Below, piece after piece: positions 61,884-64,000 of a stretch of DNA of 64,000 nucleotides. The position numbers and the translations under genes are program-made. This stretch comes from Myxococcota bacterium (GTDB lineage Bacteria; Myxococcota_A; UBA796; CAJQPC01), in contig DASCPX010000183.1 of assembly GCA_036012755.1 (NCBI GenBank), positions 15,849 through 79,848 of the forward strand, read 5' to 3'. Numbering within the stretch: the first letter of the stretch is position 1; every line of letters starts with the position of its first letter. Below the pieces are notes generated by a model that searched no databases, had not been told where the DNA came from, and was given only the letters and a program-made list of their open reading frames with translations.

Positions 61884-62594
61884 TCAGGAGTGTCGCTTGA
61901 GCGCGTCGGCGACGATCGAGGTGGCCGAGCCGGAGCGGCGTGTCCAGGTGGACTCGGCGGGGCTGTCCGCCTCGCGCTCGAAGATCCCCTCGTGTTTCTC
62001 GTGGAGCTGCGCGACGAGGTCCTCTGGGAGCGCGACGGGACCTCCCAGCTGGCGGGCGACGAGGGCGATCTTCGCGAGGTGCTCGACGAGCTCCATGCGC
62101 AACAGCGCGGTCTCGAGGTCCGGCCCCACCGTGAGCACGCCGTGGTTGGCGAGCATCAGGGCGTCGGCCTCTTCAAGCTCTTGGAGGTCCGGCTCCATGG
62201 AGAACGGGACCAGCGGGATCCGGCGTCCCAGGGAGACGACCGGCTCGGCCATGAAGGGAGGGCCGAGCTCTACCTGGGCCACGGCGAAGCCCGTCGCGGT
62301 CGGAGGATGGGCGTGGATGACGCAGTGGACGTCTGGGCGGATCCGGTAGGCGGCCAGGTGCAGCTTCAGCTCGGAGAAGCCCTTGCGCGTTCCACTCACC
62401 AGCTCGCCCTCTCCGTCGACGACGATGAGCATCTCGGCGCTGACGGCGCCCTTCGACATGGACGTCGGCGTCGCCAGGAAGTGATCGCCGAGCCGGGCGC
62501 TGACGTTGCCGTCGTGGTTCGCCACCCAGCCGCTGGCGTGGAGCTGGCGCGCCGTGGTGACGAGCTCGGCGCGGAGGGTCTCTTCGCTGGACAT
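61884..62594 (-). CDS. class II aldolase/adducin-domain protein (FucA-like) with ~33-aa C-terminal extension
   Basis: Internal ATG 62594. Motifs: HDGNVSAR, SELKLH, VIHAHPP and ANHGVL (zinc His ligands). The core ends near LHEKH, followed by EGIFEREADSPAESTWTRRSGSATSIVADALKRHS. Confidence 0.85.
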   Translation of the reverse strand: MSSEETLRAELVTTARQLHASGWVANHDGNVSARLGDHFLATPTSMSKGAVSAEMLIVVDGEGELVSGTRKGFSELKLHLAAYRIRPDVHCVIHAHPPTATGFAVAQVELGPPFMAEPVVSLGRRIPLVPFSMEPDLQELEEADALMLANHGVLTVGPDLETALLRMELVEHLAKIALVARQLGGPVALPEDLVAQLHEKHEGIFEREADSPAESTWTRRSGSATSIVADALKRHS

Positions 62595-62598
62595 GGGC

Positions 62599-63105
62599 CT
62601 ACTCGGTCCTGCAGGCGCTGCCGATGGACGCGACGGTGGCGTTGCCGATGCCCTTGACCCGCGTGAGGTCGCCGCAGCTGGAGTAGGAGCCGTTGGCGGT
62701 GCGGTCGTCGATGATGGCCTGCGCCTTCGCCGGGCCGATGCCATTGAGGGCCTGGAGCTCGCTCACCGAGGCTTCGTTCACGTCGATGGCGTCAGCGGCC
62801 GGCTCTGTCGCCACTGTCGCTGTCGCCTCCGCTGCCTCCGGCGCGTCAGTTGCCTCACCCGCCTCACCGAACTCGACCATCGCCGAGATGCTCTGGAGCG
62901 TGGCCGGGCCGATGCCCGGGACGCTGTCGAGCTCGTTCAGGGTCGAGAAGGGGCCGTTGGCCGTGCGGTACTCGATGATGGCGGAGGCCTTCGACGGACC
63001 GATGCCAGGGAGGGTCTCGAGCTCGGAGGACGACGCGGTGTTCACGTTGACCCCCGCGAACGCTGGACTGACGAAGAGCAACAGGCCGAGGATCCAGCTG
63101 AACAT
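62599..63105 (-). CDS. comEA: ComEA-family helix-hairpin-helix DNA-binding protein with a duplicated HhH module
   Basis: ATG 63105 with AAGGAG upstream. Signal peptide MFSWILGLLLFVSPAFA. Two copies of VN.A...EL..L.GIGP.KA.AII..R..NG.(F/Y)S....L..V.GIG. Confidence 0.85.
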   Translation of the reverse strand: MFSWILGLLLFVSPAFAGVNVNTASSSELETLPGIGPSKASAIIEYRTANGPFSTLNELDSVPGIGPATLQSISAMVEFGEAGEATDAPEAAEATATVATEPAADAIDVNEASVSELQALNGIGPAKAQAIIDDRTANGSYSSCGDLTRVKGIGNATVASIGSACRTE

Positions 63106-63107
63106 CC

Positions 63108-64000
63108 CTACTCCTTTGTCTGGTCGCGACGAGTGCTGCGCCGCTGCCACCATTGTCTGATACGCCAGAACAAGCCCCTCGGGGGCTCGATCTCGTCCGG
63201 ATCGCTCGTTCGGGGCCGCGCGCCGCCCGATCCGGCGATCTTCGGGGCCGTCTCGGGGAGGGGCTCGATGGCCGGGCGCGGGGCGGCGACCGTGGCGTCC
63301 CGCGGCAACCACCCCAGGTTCGCGGCCGAGGGGAGGCCGTCGAGGACCTCGACGTTGCGGCCGTCGCTCTCGAGTGTGAGCACTCCCCACGCGTCCGTGC
63401 GGTAGATCACGGCGCCGGATGCTGCCAGCCGCGCGGTCGTCTGGTCCCCCGGGTGGTGGTAGCGATTGCCCAGGCCGCAGCTGATGAGGGCGATGTCGGG
63501 GTCCACCGCGCGCAGGAAGGCCGCCGAGGTGGAGTGGTTCGAGCCGTGGTGGGCCACCTTGAGCACCTCGCAGCGCTCGATCCCCCCGGATATCAGCGCG
63601 CGCTCGGTCGGGGCCTCGGCGTCACCGGTCAACAGGAAGCAGACCTCGCCGTGGTCCAGGCGCAGGACCACCGAGTTCGAGTTGAGGTCCGAGCGCGTGC
63701 CCCGCAGCGTCTTCGGTCCGGGCCACAACACCGTCACGGTCAGGTCGTCATAGGTGAAGACCTCGCCTTTCTGGGCCGTGCGATGGGTGACGGCCTCCTC
63801 GTCGAGCGTCTGGACCAGCTCCCCGTAGGTCTTCGTCGTGTGCTCCAGCCCGTTGTCGAGGAAGAGCTCGACGTCGAAGGACCGGACGATCTGTTGCATG
63901 CCCCCGATGTGGTCGGCGTGCGGGTGGGTGGCGACGACGAGGTCGAGGTCCTCGACTCCGAGGGCGCTCAGGACCGGAACCAGGTCCGCGCTGCGGGTGC
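63108..64000 (-). CDS. MBL-fold hydrolase of the ComEC/Rec2 C-terminal domain type (5' end beyond window)
   Basis: The frame is open to the window end: ...DLDLVVATHPHADHIGGMQQIV (HxHxDH), LLTGDAE, VLKVAHHGS. There is a basic Trp-rich C-terminal tail. The track ORF 63108..63899 is an internal-Met truncation. Confidence 0.75.
   Translation of the reverse strand, partial: TRSADLVPVLSALGVEDLDLVVATHPHADHIGGMQQIVRSFDVELFLDNGLEHTTKTYGELVQTLDEEAVTHRTAQKGEVFTYDDLTVTVLWPGPKTLRGTRSDLNSNSVVLRLDHGEVCFLLTGDAEAPTERALISGGIERCEVLKVAHHGSNHSTSAAFLRAVDPDIALISCGLGNRYHHPGDQTTARLAASGAVIYRTDAWGVLTLESDGRNVEVLDGLPSAANLGWLPRDATVAAPRPAIEPLPETAPKIAGSGGARPRTSDPDEIEPPRGLFWRIRQWWQRRSTRRDQTKE

Overview
The window is a very GC-rich, almost gap-free bacterial chromosomal segment. 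Third codon positions are nearly all G/C, and I count about 70 genes. I found no rRNA, tRNA, CRISPR array, transposase or integrase. The gene content suggests a myxobacterium-like (Myxococcota) genome: many exported lipoproteins with Cys-rich, beta-helix, Kelch or PPC modules, a sigma-54 enhancer-binding protein, class III cyclases, a CotH kinase, an orphan Flp pilin, and a microcompartment locus laid out as I remember the Haliangium one. That taxonomic call is inference only.

Genes sit in long co-directional strings joined by 1- or 4-nt start/stop overlaps (ATGA, GTGA, TTGA, TGATG). Most long ORFs in the track are antisense or off-frame artefacts of the GC bias.

Confident housekeeping calls are trpS, mpl, asnB, a sigma-70 family factor, an ECF sigma factor, a BI-1 protein and several ABC transporters.

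Loci worth a second look:
1. **49670-53435, microcompartment locus.** A complete bacterial microcompartment (BMC) locus in the order BMC-T, BMC-H, BMC-P, aldehyde dehydrogenase, BMC-T, BMC-P, BMC-P. It has only one enzyme and no signature enzyme, so its substrate is unknown.
2. **33358-38060, five-gene coupled operon.** Class III aminotransferase, LuxE-like acyl-protein synthetase, LuxC-like reductase, M19 dipeptidase and a membrane protein. This predicts an acid to aldehyde to amine route.
3. **11018-18869, plus-strand cluster.** MBL hydrolase, GAF sigma-54 activator, orphan Flp pilin, spermidine-synthase-like membrane protein, hydrolase and secreted protein. It ends in a TPR-HAMP-adenylate cyclase gene broken by both a frameshift and an in-frame TGA.
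4. **54192-61806, seven-gene operon.** A NitT/TauT-type ABC importer whose binding protein is fused to an OmpA domain, together with coiled-coil proteins, a heme-oxygenase-like protein and a GT-C-like membrane protein.
5. **Pseudo-enzymes.** Several homologues have lost catalytic motifs: a PilT-like protein without the Walker A lysine, a polyprenyl synthase-like protein without the DDxxD motifs, and a hydrolase-like domain without the nucleophile serine.
6. **Likely CTG starts and ultrashort signal peptides.** Three genes probably start at CTG codons next to the upstream stop, and exported proteins repeatedly carry very short signal peptides.

All family assignments come from motif recognition by eye and need HMM or BLAST confirmation.
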